Positions 55,430 through 64,000 of a stretch of DNA of 64,000 bases are shown here, piece after piece. Positions within the stretch are counted from its first letter, which is position 1. The number at the start of each line of letters is the position of its first letter. The notes beneath the pieces were generated by a model. It ran no database searches, had not been told where the DNA came from, and saw only the letters and a program-made list of their open reading frames with translations. The stretch lies in the NCBI GenBank assembly GCA_944387145.1, contig CALXDU010000001.1, positions 100 through 64,099 on the forward strand. Reading direction: 5' to 3'. This stretch comes from an uncultured Oscillospiraceae bacterium (lineage in GTDB: Bacteria; Bacillota; Clostridia; Oscillospirales; Oscillospiraceae). The translations under genes and the position numbers were made by a program.

Positions 55430-56266
55430 GTGAATCTTACTTGGCTGCAAAGCGGATTATATGGTTTTATCTCCGGTCTTATGGATATTTTGCCTGTTTC
55501 AGCACCGGCGCATAAAGTGCTTTTGCTGAAATTCTTGGGTGGCTATACTGCGAATGAAACATTGGATTTTCTGATACATTTGGGGATCTTTGCTGGATTG
55601 TATTTCAGCTGCCAGAGTCAGATTGTCCGCATCAACCGAGCCAGGGCATTGGCGAGAATTCCCAAACGGCGCAGAAGACGTCCGTTGGATGTTCGCAGTC
55701 TGATGGATTGGAGCATGCTGAAAACAATGCTGATTCCGGTCATACTGGGGCTGTTCCTGTATCAATATGCGGTAAAATTAAACAGCAATTTGATGATGAT
55801 CTCCATTTTCCTGCTGATCAATGGCGTGGTGCTGTACATACCGCAGTTTTTTCCCAGCAGCAACCGAGATTCTCGTACATTGTCCAGAGTAGAAGGATTG
55901 CTGGTGGGGCTTGGTGCCACTGTTTCCGTACTTCCGGGAATGTCAGCAGTGGGGGCGGCAATATCCATCGGTTCTTTGTGCGGTATTGACCGCAGCTACA
56001 GTTTGACCATGGCATTGATGATGAACATGGGTCTGAACTTGGGACTGGCTATATATGACCTTTTGGGCGTGTTCTCGTCCGGATTGGGGACCCTATCGTT
56101 CTTGATTGTCATACGGTATTTGCTCACAGCGCTGATTGCCTTTGGCGGAAGCCTGCTGGGCGTCAAATTGATGCGTTATCTGGCTGCCAATCACGGTTAT
56201 GCAGTGTTTGCGTTTTACTGCACCGGCCTGGCGTTATTTACATTTATCTTGAATCTTGTGGCATAG
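55430..56266 (+). CDS. UppP/BacA-family membrane protein with substituted catalytic motifs
   Basis: GFISGLMDILPVSAPAH aligns to the BacA motif GVVEGLTEFLPVSSTGH; PGMSAVG aligns to PGFSRSG; hydrophobicity fits BacA. Confidence 0.82.
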   Translation: MNLTWLQSGLYGFISGLMDILPVSAPAHKVLLLKFLGGYTANETLDFLIHLGIFAGLYFSCQSQIVRINRARALARIPKRRRRRPLDVRSLMDWSMLKTMLIPVILGLFLYQYAVKLNSNLMMISIFLLINGVVLYIPQFFPSSNRDSRTLSRVEGLLVGLGATVSVLPGMSAVGAAISIGSLCGIDRSYSLTMALMMNMGLNLGLAIYDLLGVFSSGLGTLSFLIVIRYLLTALIAFGGSLLGVKLMRYLAANHGYAVFAFYCTGLALFTFILNLVA

Positions 56267-56276
56267 GAGGTTTGTC

Positions 56277-59063
56277 ATGGCTCAGAAGAAAACTTCCAGC
56301 CGAGCAGAGAAAATGGTTTCCGATACAAAAAAGCAAACGCCTGCTTCATCGGCAGCCAAATCCGCTCCGAAAAAAAAGAATACGAAAAAGCCGACGGTAT
56401 CTTCTAAAAAGACGCCGACTGCTAAGACAGAATATGAAAATCCCATTCCGTCAAGTGCTTTGATGGCGATTTTCAGTCTGCTGCTGTTTATCCTGTTTAT
56501 CGTCATCAGCATCAACCCTGATGGTGCCTTACTGAAGGTAATCAAATCTGTCGTATTTGGCTTGATCGGACAGGCAGGATTTTATTTTTCCATTCCGGCG
56601 CTGTTGTATCTGTTTGTCATCCACACGTTCAGCCGTAAAACGGCTGTCAAGATGCGCAGTATCTGCTTGGTAATTTTTGTCTTGATGTGCGGCGCCATCT
56701 ATCACTTGTTGGTACAAAAGTACGACATGATTGGTCAGGGAATGGAGGTTATCAAGGACCTGTATACAGGAGGTACTTCTGGAAGAACCGGTGGTGTGAT
56801 CTGCGGCGGCTTTGCGCTGCTGCTTCGCTGGTCCTGCGGACTTCCGCTGTCCTTTGTGATTACCATAACAGTTGCTATTTTTACCTTGCTAGGGGCCATG
56901 CAGATCACCATCCCCAGCATTATCCGGGCCATTGCAAATCGCCCCAGAGATGACTGGGAAGAGGACGATTATATTGAACCGGCAGCCATCGTGGTCAATC
57001 ACATCGCAAACAAACAAATTGCCTACAAACAGCGGCGCAGAGAACAGGCTGCTATGGCACAGACAACAAAAGCGGAACGCATAGCTGCCGCGGCAGAATC
57101 GCCGAAACATTTCGAGCAGAATCCGCCGACTCAGAAACACCAGGAGACTCAGCCACCGCAGCCATCGCATGTGGAACAGGGTGTCCAGGAAGATGTTAAG
57201 CAAATTCCTGGCAAGGGTGCTTCTTTCATGGATCGGATTGACCGGGAAATCAATGCTCCGTTGGTTGGAACATCGGAATATGTACGCGAACCTGTGCCCA
57301 ATGTGTTTGAAGAGCCGGTGGCTATGCCTGTTCGTGTGGAGGCTGAGGAACTGGAACCGGAGATCCCATCCCGGATGCCGGAGTTAAAGCGGGAAGAACC
57401 GTCTTCTGCTCCTGTGAAGGCAGAGCAGCCGCCTAAACCTGCACCTGTTCCCGAAATCAAAACAGGAAAAGTCAGTGCCAAAGATACGGCAGCATCTGCA
57501 CAAGAGGTTGCTCAGGAGATTGCACAGGCCCAAACCATGCCGAAAACAGAATACTGTTTTCCACCGATTGATCTGCTGAAGCGTCCAATGCGGGGAGGAG
57601 GGGACGGTACCGAAGAGATGCGGGAAAATTCCCGCCGCCTGAATGAAACCCTGGCCAGCTTCCGTATTGATGCGCATATTATCAACGTTACCCGCGGACC
57701 CAGTGTCACCCGGTATGAAGTGGAGTTGGACAAAGGCGTCCGGCTGAACAAGCTGACGGGATGTGCTGACGATATTGCACTGAGCCTCGGTGCATCTGGC
57801 GTTCGGATTGCGGCTGTGCCTGGTAAGATTTCCGTGGTTGGCATTGAGGTGCCCAACCGTGTGGTGACTACTGTTTCGCTGCGTGAGGTCATTGACTCGA
57901 CGGAATTTGCACGTTCCAAGTCCAAATCTTCCTTTGCTGTCGGCAAGGATATCGGCGGAAACTGCATCATTGGCAACATTGCAAAAATGCCCCACTTGCT
58001 GATTGCCGGTACGACCGGTTCTGGTAAATCGGTCTGTATGAATTCCATTATCATCAGTCTGTTGTACAAGGCCAGTCCGGATGATGTGAAACTCATCATG
58101 GTTGACCCCAAGATGGTAGAATTGGGTATTTACAATGGCATTCCCCATCTGCTGATTCCGGTTGTGACTGACCCCAAGAAAGCAGCAGGAAGTTTGCAGT
58201 GGGCTGTAACCGAAATGCTGCGGCGGTACAAGCTAATGTCAGACGCCGGAGTTCGTGACCTGGAATCTTATAATTCCATTGTGGAATCGGAAGAGGACGG
58301 TCAAAAGATGCCTCAGGTGGTTATCATCATTGACGAGTTGGCGGATATGATGATGGTTGCTGCCAAAGAAGTGGAAGACTCCATCTGTCGCATTGCCCAG
58401 ATGGGCCGTGCAGCTGGAATGCACCTGATTATTGCAACTCAGCGTCCTTCCGCAGACGTGATTACCGGCTTGATGAAAGCCAACATTCCTTCCCGGATTG
58501 CGTTCTCAGTGGCGTCCGCTATGGAATCCCGGATCATTCTGGATACCATGGGTGCAGAGAAACTGGTAGGCAAGGGCGATATGCTCTTTGCGCCCATTGG
58601 GTGCGGAAAGCCCCTTCGCGTCCAAGGCTGTTTTGTTACAGATTCCGAGGTTGAATCGGTTGCTGAATATGTAAAAGAGAATTATGTTGCCGATTATAAC
58701 CAGCAGGTGCTGGCCGAGATCGAGAAGAAAGCCCAGCAAACGGGCAAGAAAACGCCCAGCGTCTCGGACCCCGACCCCAGCGACGAGGAGCTGGAGGGAG
58801 ATGAAATGCTCCCGGCAGCAGTGGATGTTATCTTGGAAACCGGACAGGCCTCTGTCTCTATGCTCCAGCGGCGGCTGAAATTGGGATATGCCCGTGCTGC
58901 CCGAATTGTGGATGAAATGGAAGAGAAGGGGATTGTTGGCCCCTTCCAGGGTTCCAAACCCAGAGCCATTCTGATCACCAAAGAGCAGTGGCAGGCCAAG
59001 AAAAACGGGAATAGCCAGCAAATGGATTTTGACGATTTGCAGGAATTCTCGGAAGACATGTAA
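56277..59063 (+). CDS. FtsK/SpoIIIE DNA translocase
   Basis: N-terminal TMs, GPSVTRYE, Walker A GTTGSGKS, Walker B IIIDELAD, gamma domain SVSMLQRRLKLGYARAARIVD. Confidence 0.97.
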   Translation: MAQKKTSSRAEKMVSDTKKQTPASSAAKSAPKKKNTKKPTVSSKKTPTAKTEYENPIPSSALMAIFSLLLFILFIVISINPDGALLKVIKSVVFGLIGQAGFYFSIPALLYLFVIHTFSRKTAVKMRSICLVIFVLMCGAIYHLLVQKYDMIGQGMEVIKDLYTGGTSGRTGGVICGGFALLLRWSCGLPLSFVITITVAIFTLLGAMQITIPSIIRAIANRPRDDWEEDDYIEPAAIVVNHIANKQIAYKQRRREQAAMAQTTKAERIAAAAESPKHFEQNPPTQKHQETQPPQPSHVEQGVQEDVKQIPGKGASFMDRIDREINAPLVGTSEYVREPVPNVFEEPVAMPVRVEAEELEPEIPSRMPELKREEPSSAPVKAEQPPKPAPVPEIKTGKVSAKDTAASAQEVAQEIAQAQTMPKTEYCFPPIDLLKRPMRGGGDGTEEMRENSRRLNETLASFRIDAHIINVTRGPSVTRYEVELDKGVRLNKLTGCADDIALSLGASGVRIAAVPGKISVVGIEVPNRVVTTVSLREVIDSTEFARSKSKSSFAVGKDIGGNCIIGNIAKMPHLLIAGTTGSGKSVCMNSIIISLLYKASPDDVKLIMVDPKMVELGIYNGIPHLLIPVVTDPKKAAGSLQWAVTEMLRRYKLMSDAGVRDLESYNSIVESEEDGQKMPQVVIIIDELADMMMVAAKEVEDSICRIAQMGRAAGMHLIIATQRPSADVITGLMKANIPSRIAFSVASAMESRIILDTMGAEKLVGKGDMLFAPIGCGKPLRVQGCFVTDSEVESVAEYVKENYVADYNQQVLAEIEKKAQQTGKKTPSVSDPDPSDEELEGDEMLPAAVDVILETGQASVSMLQRRLKLGYARAARIVDEMEEKGIVGPFQGSKPRAILITKEQWQAKKNGNSQQMDFDDLQEFSEDM

Positions 59064-59067
59064 TTGT

Positions 59068-59100
59068 AAAACCTCCTCCTGGGTTGCAGGAGGAGGTTTT
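59068..59100. terminator. Bidirectional terminator
   Basis: AAAACCTCCTCCTG-GGTTG-CAGGAGGAGGTTTT. Confidence 0.82.
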
Positions 59101-59101
59101 C

Positions 59102-60301
59102 TTATCGTATTATTTGCAAATGCAAAGCCTGATCCAAAATGGCGTTGGCTGCGGCATCTTTGCTAAAAAGGGGAAGTTCGGTGGTGCTGTCCTTGGTTAT
59201 GAGGGTGATAACATTGGTATCAACCCCGAAACCGGCACCGTCCACTTTCAAATTATTGGCACAAATCATGTCCACATGCTTGCTGTCCAATTTTTTTCTG
59301 CTGTTTTCAACCAAATTCTGGGTTTCCATGGAGAATCCGCAGATGATCTGGCCAGAAGTGCGGTTCTGCCCCAAATATTTCAGAATATCCTGGGTGCGCT
59401 TTAACGGGATGGACATGTCACCATCGGATTTCTTGATTTTGTTGTCCTGATAGTCGGCGGGAGTGTAATCTGCCACAGCTGCCGCCTTGAAGATAAAATC
59501 TGCGTTCGGTGCCAGGGAAGCCACTGCATCGAACATATCCTGAGCCGATGTAACCGGAACTACGTTTACAAAAGCAGGAGGCTGAACTGCCATGGGACCG
59601 CAAATCAGTGTTACCTCAGCACCACGAAGCATGGCCATTTTGGCAATGGAGCAGCCCATTTTTCCTGTGGAGTGGTTGGTCAGATACCGTACCGGGTCCA
59701 AAGCTTCCTGGGTGGGGCCTGCTGTTACCAGAACGCGCTTTCCAGCCAGATCATGTGGCATCGCCGCATGGCGCAAAATATGCTCCAACAAAATTTCCGG
59801 CTCCGGCAGTTTTCCTTTGCCAACAGCACCGCAGGCCAGACGGCCGCTGGCTGGTTCGATGACTTCCCAGCCGTAGTGCTGCAGAATCTTCAGATTATCC
59901 TGGGTAACAGGATTTTCAAACATGTTGGTGTTCATTGCCGGTGCAATCAGCTTCGGACAGTGGCAGGCGAGCACCGTTGTAGTCAGCATATCGTCTGCCA
60001 GTCCGTGGGCAAGTTTGGCGCAGATGTTGGCAGTAGCAGGGGCAATGATAACCAAATCGGTACGTTCTGCCAGGGAGATATGCTCTACCTGATGGGTAAA
60101 ATTTCGGTCAAACGTATTTACTATGGTACGCCGCCCGGTAAGCTGCTCAAAAGTCAACGGCGTAATAAACTCCGTAGCGTGCTGGGTCATAACCACTTCT
60201 ACTGCCGCGTGCTGCTTGACCAGTGCAGAAGCCAAAGCAGCTGCTTTGTAGGCAGCAATACCGCCGGTGACTCCAAGAAGAATCGTTTTTCCTTTCAGCA
60301 T
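59102..60301 (-). CDS. coaBC: Phosphopantothenoylcysteine decarboxylase/ligase
   Basis: GGIAAYK, PATAN, PAMNTNM, GRLACG, TAGPTQE..DPVRYLTNHSTGKMG, AAAVADY. Confidence 0.97.
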   Translation of the reverse strand: MLKGKTILLGVTGGIAAYKAAALASALVKQHAAVEVVMTQHATEFITPLTFEQLTGRRTIVNTFDRNFTHQVEHISLAERTDLVIIAPATANICAKLAHGLADDMLTTTVLACHCPKLIAPAMNTNMFENPVTQDNLKILQHYGWEVIEPASGRLACGAVGKGKLPEPEILLEHILRHAAMPHDLAGKRVLVTAGPTQEALDPVRYLTNHSTGKMGCSIAKMAMLRGAEVTLICGPMAVQPPAFVNVVPVTSAQDMFDAVASLAPNADFIFKAAAVADYTPADYQDNKIKKSDGDMSIPLKRTQDILKYLGQNRTSGQIICGFSMETQNLVENSRKKLDSKHVDMICANNLKVDGAGFGVDTNVITLITKDSTTELPLFSKDAAANAILDQALHLQIIR

Positions 60302-60475
60302 GTATATGCCTCCTGAACTGTTTTTTGTTATTATAGTCAATAAAGCAGGTGCTGTAAAGCCTGGATTTCTGCTTGTAATTTCCAGTTACCGTTGTTATAA
60401 TGTCCCTGGAGCTGCGGCTCCAAAATTTGCGCTGTATCCTTATTCTGAGGAACGGCAGCAGGAGGTAATTGAATT

Positions 60476-61108
60476 ATGAAAAAAACAACCCTGGACACCC
60501 GATCCATGGCTGTGCTTGCCATGCTGTGTGGCGTGCTGCTGGTCATGGGTATGACAGGAATCGGCTTTATCCCGCTTCCCGTCATCAAAGCGACGACAAT
60601 GCACATTCCGGTGATATTGGGAGCGGTCTTACTTGGCCCGGGAGCCGGAGCGGTTCTGGGCGGACTGTTTGGCCTTTGCTCCATTTGGGTAAACACCACG
60701 ACTCCTGGACTGCTTGCCTTTGCTTTTTCCCCCTTTATGAGCACGGAAGGTTTATTGGGGGCTATGAAAAGCGTATGGATTGCGCTGGGGTGTCGGATTT
60801 TGTTTGGTGCCATCGCAGGGTGGCTTTGGAAGCTGTTTAAGGCGGTGCTGAAACAGGACTATGCTGCGCTTCCGGTTACCGCGGCAGTGGCAACTGTATG
60901 CCATACTCTCTTGGTTATGGGCAGCATCTATGTTTTGCTGGCGCAGCAGTATGCCCAGGCGAAAAACGTGGCCATCACGGCGGTGTTTGGCTTGGTAATG
61001 GGAACCGTTACCGCATCCGGTATTCCGGAAGCCATTGCCGCTGCGGTTTTGGTAACTGTTATTGGAAAATCCCTTCTGCATTTGATGGCGCAGGCGAAAA
61101 AACGGTAA
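60476..61108 (+). CDS. ECF-transporter S component, probably pantothenate (PanT-like)
   Basis: GIGFIPLP..TTMHIPVILGAVLLG motif, multi-TM; lies between coaBC and coaX. Confidence 0.82.
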   Translation: MKKTTLDTRSMAVLAMLCGVLLVMGMTGIGFIPLPVIKATTMHIPVILGAVLLGPGAGAVLGGLFGLCSIWVNTTTPGLLAFAFSPFMSTEGLLGAMKSVWIALGCRILFGAIAGWLWKLFKAVLKQDYAALPVTAAVATVCHTLLVMGSIYVLLAQQYAQAKNVAITAVFGLVMGTVTASGIPEAIAAAVLVTVIGKSLLHLMAQAKKR

Positions 61109-61120
61109 GGAGACCTGATT

Positions 61121-61888
61121 ATGCTTCTGGCAATCGACATCGGCAATACCAATCTGGTGATTGGCTGCATCAAAGATGATAAAATACTTTTCAAGGCCCG
61201 CATTGCAACCGACAGGCTGCGTACCTCCGATCAGTACGGTGTGGAAATCAAAAATATGATGGAAGCCTATGGTGTACAGTTGTCAGAAATTGATGATTGT
61301 ATCATTTCTTCTGTTGTACCCCCGGTTTTTAACTCCGTCCGTACGGGTGTCATTAAGATTCTTGGTAAGCAGCCTATGGTTGTCGGCCCCGGACTAAAAA
61401 CGGGATTGAATATTCATATGGATGTACCGTCTCAGGTAGGCAGCGACCGGATTGTGATTGCGGTAGCAGCTCTGGCAGAATATTCGGCACCGCTGATCCT
61501 CATGGATTTGGGAACAGCTACCACCATTGAGGTGGTGGAACCGGATAATGTTTATCTGGGCGGCATCATTTTTCCTGGTGTCCGGGTGTCGCTGGATGCA
61601 CTGACCAGCCGGACATCCCAGCTGCCAGGCATCAGCCTGGACAAACCCAAGCAGGTAATTGGAAAGAACACCGTGGACTGCATGCGCAGCGGCATGATGT
61701 ACGGTACAGCCGCTATGCTGGACGGATTGGTAGACCGGATTGAAGAAGAACTTGGACATACGTCTACCATCATCGCAACCGGCGGATTGGCTCAGTTCAT
61801 TACACCGCTGTGTAAGCACAATATCATTTTGGAAAAGAATCTGCTGCTCAAAGGATTGAATATCCTTTACAAAAAGAATAAACGGTAA
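61121..61888 (+). CDS. coaX: Type III pantothenate kinase
   Basis: LAIDIGNTN, SSVVP, VGSDRI, DLGTATT, GKNTVDCMRSG, ATGG. Confidence 0.97.
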   Translation: MLLAIDIGNTNLVIGCIKDDKILFKARIATDRLRTSDQYGVEIKNMMEAYGVQLSEIDDCIISSVVPPVFNSVRTGVIKILGKQPMVVGPGLKTGLNIHMDVPSQVGSDRIVIAVAALAEYSAPLILMDLGTATTIEVVEPDNVYLGGIIFPGVRVSLDALTSRTSQLPGISLDKPKQVIGKNTVDCMRSGMMYGTAAMLDGLVDRIEEELGHTSTIIATGGLAQFITPLCKHNIILEKNLLLKGLNILYKKNKR

Positions 61889-61891
61889 GGG

Positions 61892-61922
61892 AAAACCGGT
61901 CGCAATTTGCGGCCGGTTTTTT
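61892..61922 (+). terminator. Intrinsic terminator
   Basis: AAAACCGGTCGC-AATTT-GCGGCCGGTTTTTT. Confidence 0.78.
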
Positions 61923-61932
61923 CTGTGTCTGG

Positions 61933-61961
61933 TGCTATTGCAGCATCTGCTCACATAGTCT
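61933..61961 (+). promoter_or_regulatory. Candidate sigmaE promoter of spoIIIA
   Basis: TGCTATT-14-CATAGTCT; spoIIIA is a known sigmaE operon. Confidence 0.55.
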
Positions 61962-61970
61962 TTCCCAGGA

Positions 61971-62807
61971 GTGATGCAAATGATGTGTGCATGGAAAGAA
62001 CTGCTGGCAATCTTACCGCTGCGGCTTCGAGGGGATGTAGATAAGCAGGGGAGGGAAAATCTTCAGGAACTGCGGCTGCGAATCAACGCACCGCCAGAGC
62101 TGGTTCTGGGGGGAAAGATAAGTTGGTTGTCAGGAAATGTTACCCAGGACGAGCTGAATTTCGTAGTCAATACTGCCAGCCGGTATTCTCCATGGGCTGC
62201 GTCAACGACGGCACAAGGATTTTTGACGGCTCCCGGCGGCCATCGAATCGGAATTTGCGGAGAGGCGGTTTGTAAGGACGGGAATATTACGGGAATGCGC
62301 CATATTTTCTATCTGTGTATCCGCGTGGCTAGGGATTTCCCAGATTTGCTGAAAAGCGCACAACAACCTGAAGGTTCTGTTTTGATTTTGGGCGCACCAG
62401 GATGGGGGAAGACCACACTGCTTCGCTGTCTTATCCGGCAGATTGCCCAGGAGGAAGCGGTCAGTGTGGTGGACGAGCGTGGGGAGCTGTTTCCGCAGGG
62501 ATTTGTACGCGGCAGACGGATGGACATTTTAACGGGCTGCCCAAAGCCGGCAGGAATTGAAATGATGCTTCGTACCATGGGCCCGGCCTGTATCGCCGTG
62601 GATGAAATCACTGCAGCTGCAGATTGTCAGGCGCTAATCCAGGCGGCAAACTGTGGAGTCAGGCTTCTGGCAACAGCACACGCCGGATCTTCCCGTGACT
62701 ATTGCCAAAGAGGTGTCTACCGGGAACTGGTTCATCAGGAAATCTTTGATGCACTGATCGTTTTGCACAAGGATCAATCCTATCATATGGAAAGGATGAC
62801 GCTATGA
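61971..62807 (+). CDS. spoIIIAA: Stage III sporulation protein AA (ATPase)
   Basis: LQELRLR, GGHRIGICG, GAPGWGKTTLLR, VVDERGE, AVDEI, ATAH; exact start uncertain. Confidence 0.93.
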   Translation: MMQMMCAWKELLAILPLRLRGDVDKQGRENLQELRLRINAPPELVLGGKISWLSGNVTQDELNFVVNTASRYSPWAASTTAQGFLTAPGGHRIGICGEAVCKDGNITGMRHIFYLCIRVARDFPDLLKSAQQPEGSVLILGAPGWGKTTLLRCLIRQIAQEEAVSVVDERGELFPQGFVRGRRMDILTGCPKPAGIEMMLRTMGPACIAVDEITAAADCQALIQAANCGVRLLATAHAGSSRDYCQRGVYRELVHQEIFDALIVLHKDQSYHMERMTL

Positions 62808-63316
62808 TATACAAATGGATTGGAGCAGTACTGGTATTGGTCAGCTGTGGTGGGTTTGGGTTTGCGATTGCATCCGGATACCGGAGAGAAGAACAACGCC
62901 TGCGGCAGCTGCTCCGGGCGCTGCAATATATGGAATGTGAACTGCAATATCGTTTGACGCCATTGCCGGACTTGTGCCGCCAGGCGGGGGTGGAAACCAG
63001 TGGCTGCGTCAGGGAAGTGCTGAACAAGCTGGCCAGGGAATTGGAAAGTCAGATTGCGCCGGATGTGTCCAGCTGTATGCGCACAGCGATCGAGGACTAT
63101 CAGGACTTTTCCAAGAGATTTCGGCGACTCTTGCTCCAGCTGGGCAGAACCTTGGGCCGTTTTGACCTAGCAGGACAGATCCAGGGCCTACAGGCAGTGC
63201 AGGCATCCTGCATTCAGGAGCAAAAGGCACTGGAACAAAATCGGGATATGCGTCTTCGCAGTTATCGAACACTGGGACTTTGTGCCGGAGCAGCTCTGGC
63301 CATATTATTTGCGTGA
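62804..63316 (+). CDS. spoIIIAB: Stage III sporulation protein AB
   Basis: KWIGAVLV, LTPLPDL, LGRTLGRFD..GQ, YRTLG; position in operon. Confidence 0.9.
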   Translation: MIYKWIGAVLVLVSCGGFGFAIASGYRREEQRLRQLLRALQYMECELQYRLTPLPDLCRQAGVETSGCVREVLNKLARELESQIAPDVSSCMRTAIEDYQDFSKRFRRLLLQLGRTLGRFDLAGQIQGLQAVQASCIQEQKALEQNRDMRLRSYRTLGLCAGAALAILFA

Positions 63317-63318
63317 GT

Positions 63319-63513
63319 ATGGATATTGATCTGATTTTCAAAATTGCCGCAATTGGCATTATCGTATCAATTCTCAATCAGGTTTTGTCTCGTTCCGGCA
63401 GGGAAGAGCAGGCAACTATGACCAGTCTTGCGGGACTGGTTGTGGTTCTGATGATTGTAGCCCAAAAGATTGCGGATCTTTTTGACTTGGTAAAAACGTT
63501 GTTTGAATTCTAA
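63319..63513 (+). CDS. spoIIIAC: Stage III sporulation protein AC
   Basis: MDIDLIFKIAAIGIIVSILNQVL.RSGREEQA. Confidence 0.95.
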   Translation: MDIDLIFKIAAIGIIVSILNQVLSRSGREEQATMTSLAGLVVVLMIVAQKIADLFDLVKTLFEF

Positions 63514-63908
63514 TGGATGAATTTTGGAAAGCTTCTGCTGCTGTGCTGTTGACAGTAGTACTGATTCTCGCTCTGGGAAAACGGGAAAAAGACATTTCTG
63601 TATTGCTGACCATGGCGGTATGCTGTATGGTTACCGTCAGCGCAATAACATATTTAGAACCGGTACTGGATTTGCTGTGGGAGCTGGAATCTATAGCAAA
63701 TGTACAGGGCGGAATGATGGAAATCCTGATGAAGGCTGTGGGAATCGGCTTGGTGGTTGAGATCGCAGGGATGATCTGCACAGATTCTGGCAACAGCTCT
63801 CTGGGAAAGACCATTCAGACCCTGGGAACAGTGGTCATTCTTTATCTATCCATACCGCTTTTCCGTGGCTTTTTAACGTTAATACAGGAGATATTGGGAC
63901 AAGTATGA
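63513..63908 (+). CDS. spoIIIAD: Stage III sporulation protein AD
   Basis: ILMKAVGIG..ICTDSGNSSLG..LYLSIP; position in operon. Confidence 0.9.
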   Translation: MDEFWKASAAVLLTVVLILALGKREKDISVLLTMAVCCMVTVSAITYLEPVLDLLWELESIANVQGGMMEILMKAVGIGLVVEIAGMICTDSGNSSLGKTIQTLGTVVILYLSIPLFRGFLTLIQEILGQV

Positions 63909-64000
63909 AAAAACTGATATTGCTGCTTTTTCTGGTTTTCACTTTGGCTCCCAAAGGATATGCCATGGAGTTTACTGCTCCGGAAGTGCCGAGCGCTGCG
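63905..64000 (+). CDS. spoIIIAE: Stage III sporulation protein AE, 5' part (truncated by window end)
   Basis: ATGA overlap with spoIIIAD; MKKLILLLFLVF signal-like start; called mainly by operon position. Confidence 0.75.
   Translation, partial: MKKLILLLFLVFTLAPKGYAMEFTAPEVPSAA

Noticed and set aside
1-64000. CRISPR array, rRNA, toxin-antitoxin or anti-phage defence genes
   Set aside because: No regularly spaced repeats, rRNA signatures or recognisable defence domains were seen.

Overview
Chromosomal segment of a spore-forming Clostridia-class Firmicute. An Oscillospiraceae/Ruminococcaceae-like gut organism is inferred from gene content and style, not from a marker gene. No prophage, CRISPR array or intact mobile element is visible, only a short IS3-family transposase remnant at the left edge. 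The left ~19 kb is accessory-like and rich in transmembrane signalling modules: two ECF sigma/anti-sigma pairs and two BlaI/M56 (BlaR1-like) pairs around tRNA-Pro(CGG). A third ECF pair and a PadR/membrane-partner pair lie further right. The rest is mostly housekeeping: cysS-polA-rimI-tsaD behind a Cys T-box, gltX, trpS, tyrS behind a Tyr T-box, dapA, a Ktr/Trk K+ uptake pair, dprA-topA-trmFO-plsX-rnc, uppP-like-ftsK, coaBC/panT/coaX and the start of spoIIIA. Best leads: (1) an anti-sigma-type protein fused to a VanX-like D,D-peptidase and an SH3b domain; (2) a BlaI/M56 operon with twin operators, led by a beta-helix lipoprotein and ending in an unlisted 55-aa ORF; (3) a UppP/BacA homologue that has lost its catalytic Ser and Arg; (4) a pullulanase-NUDIX fusion; (5) a membrane M28 peptidase between the Tyr T-box and tyrS; (6) a DnaA-box cluster away from dnaA. 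All calls come from reading motifs by eye; no database searches were run, so novelty is unverified. Several start codons were adjusted from the ORF track using RBS position.
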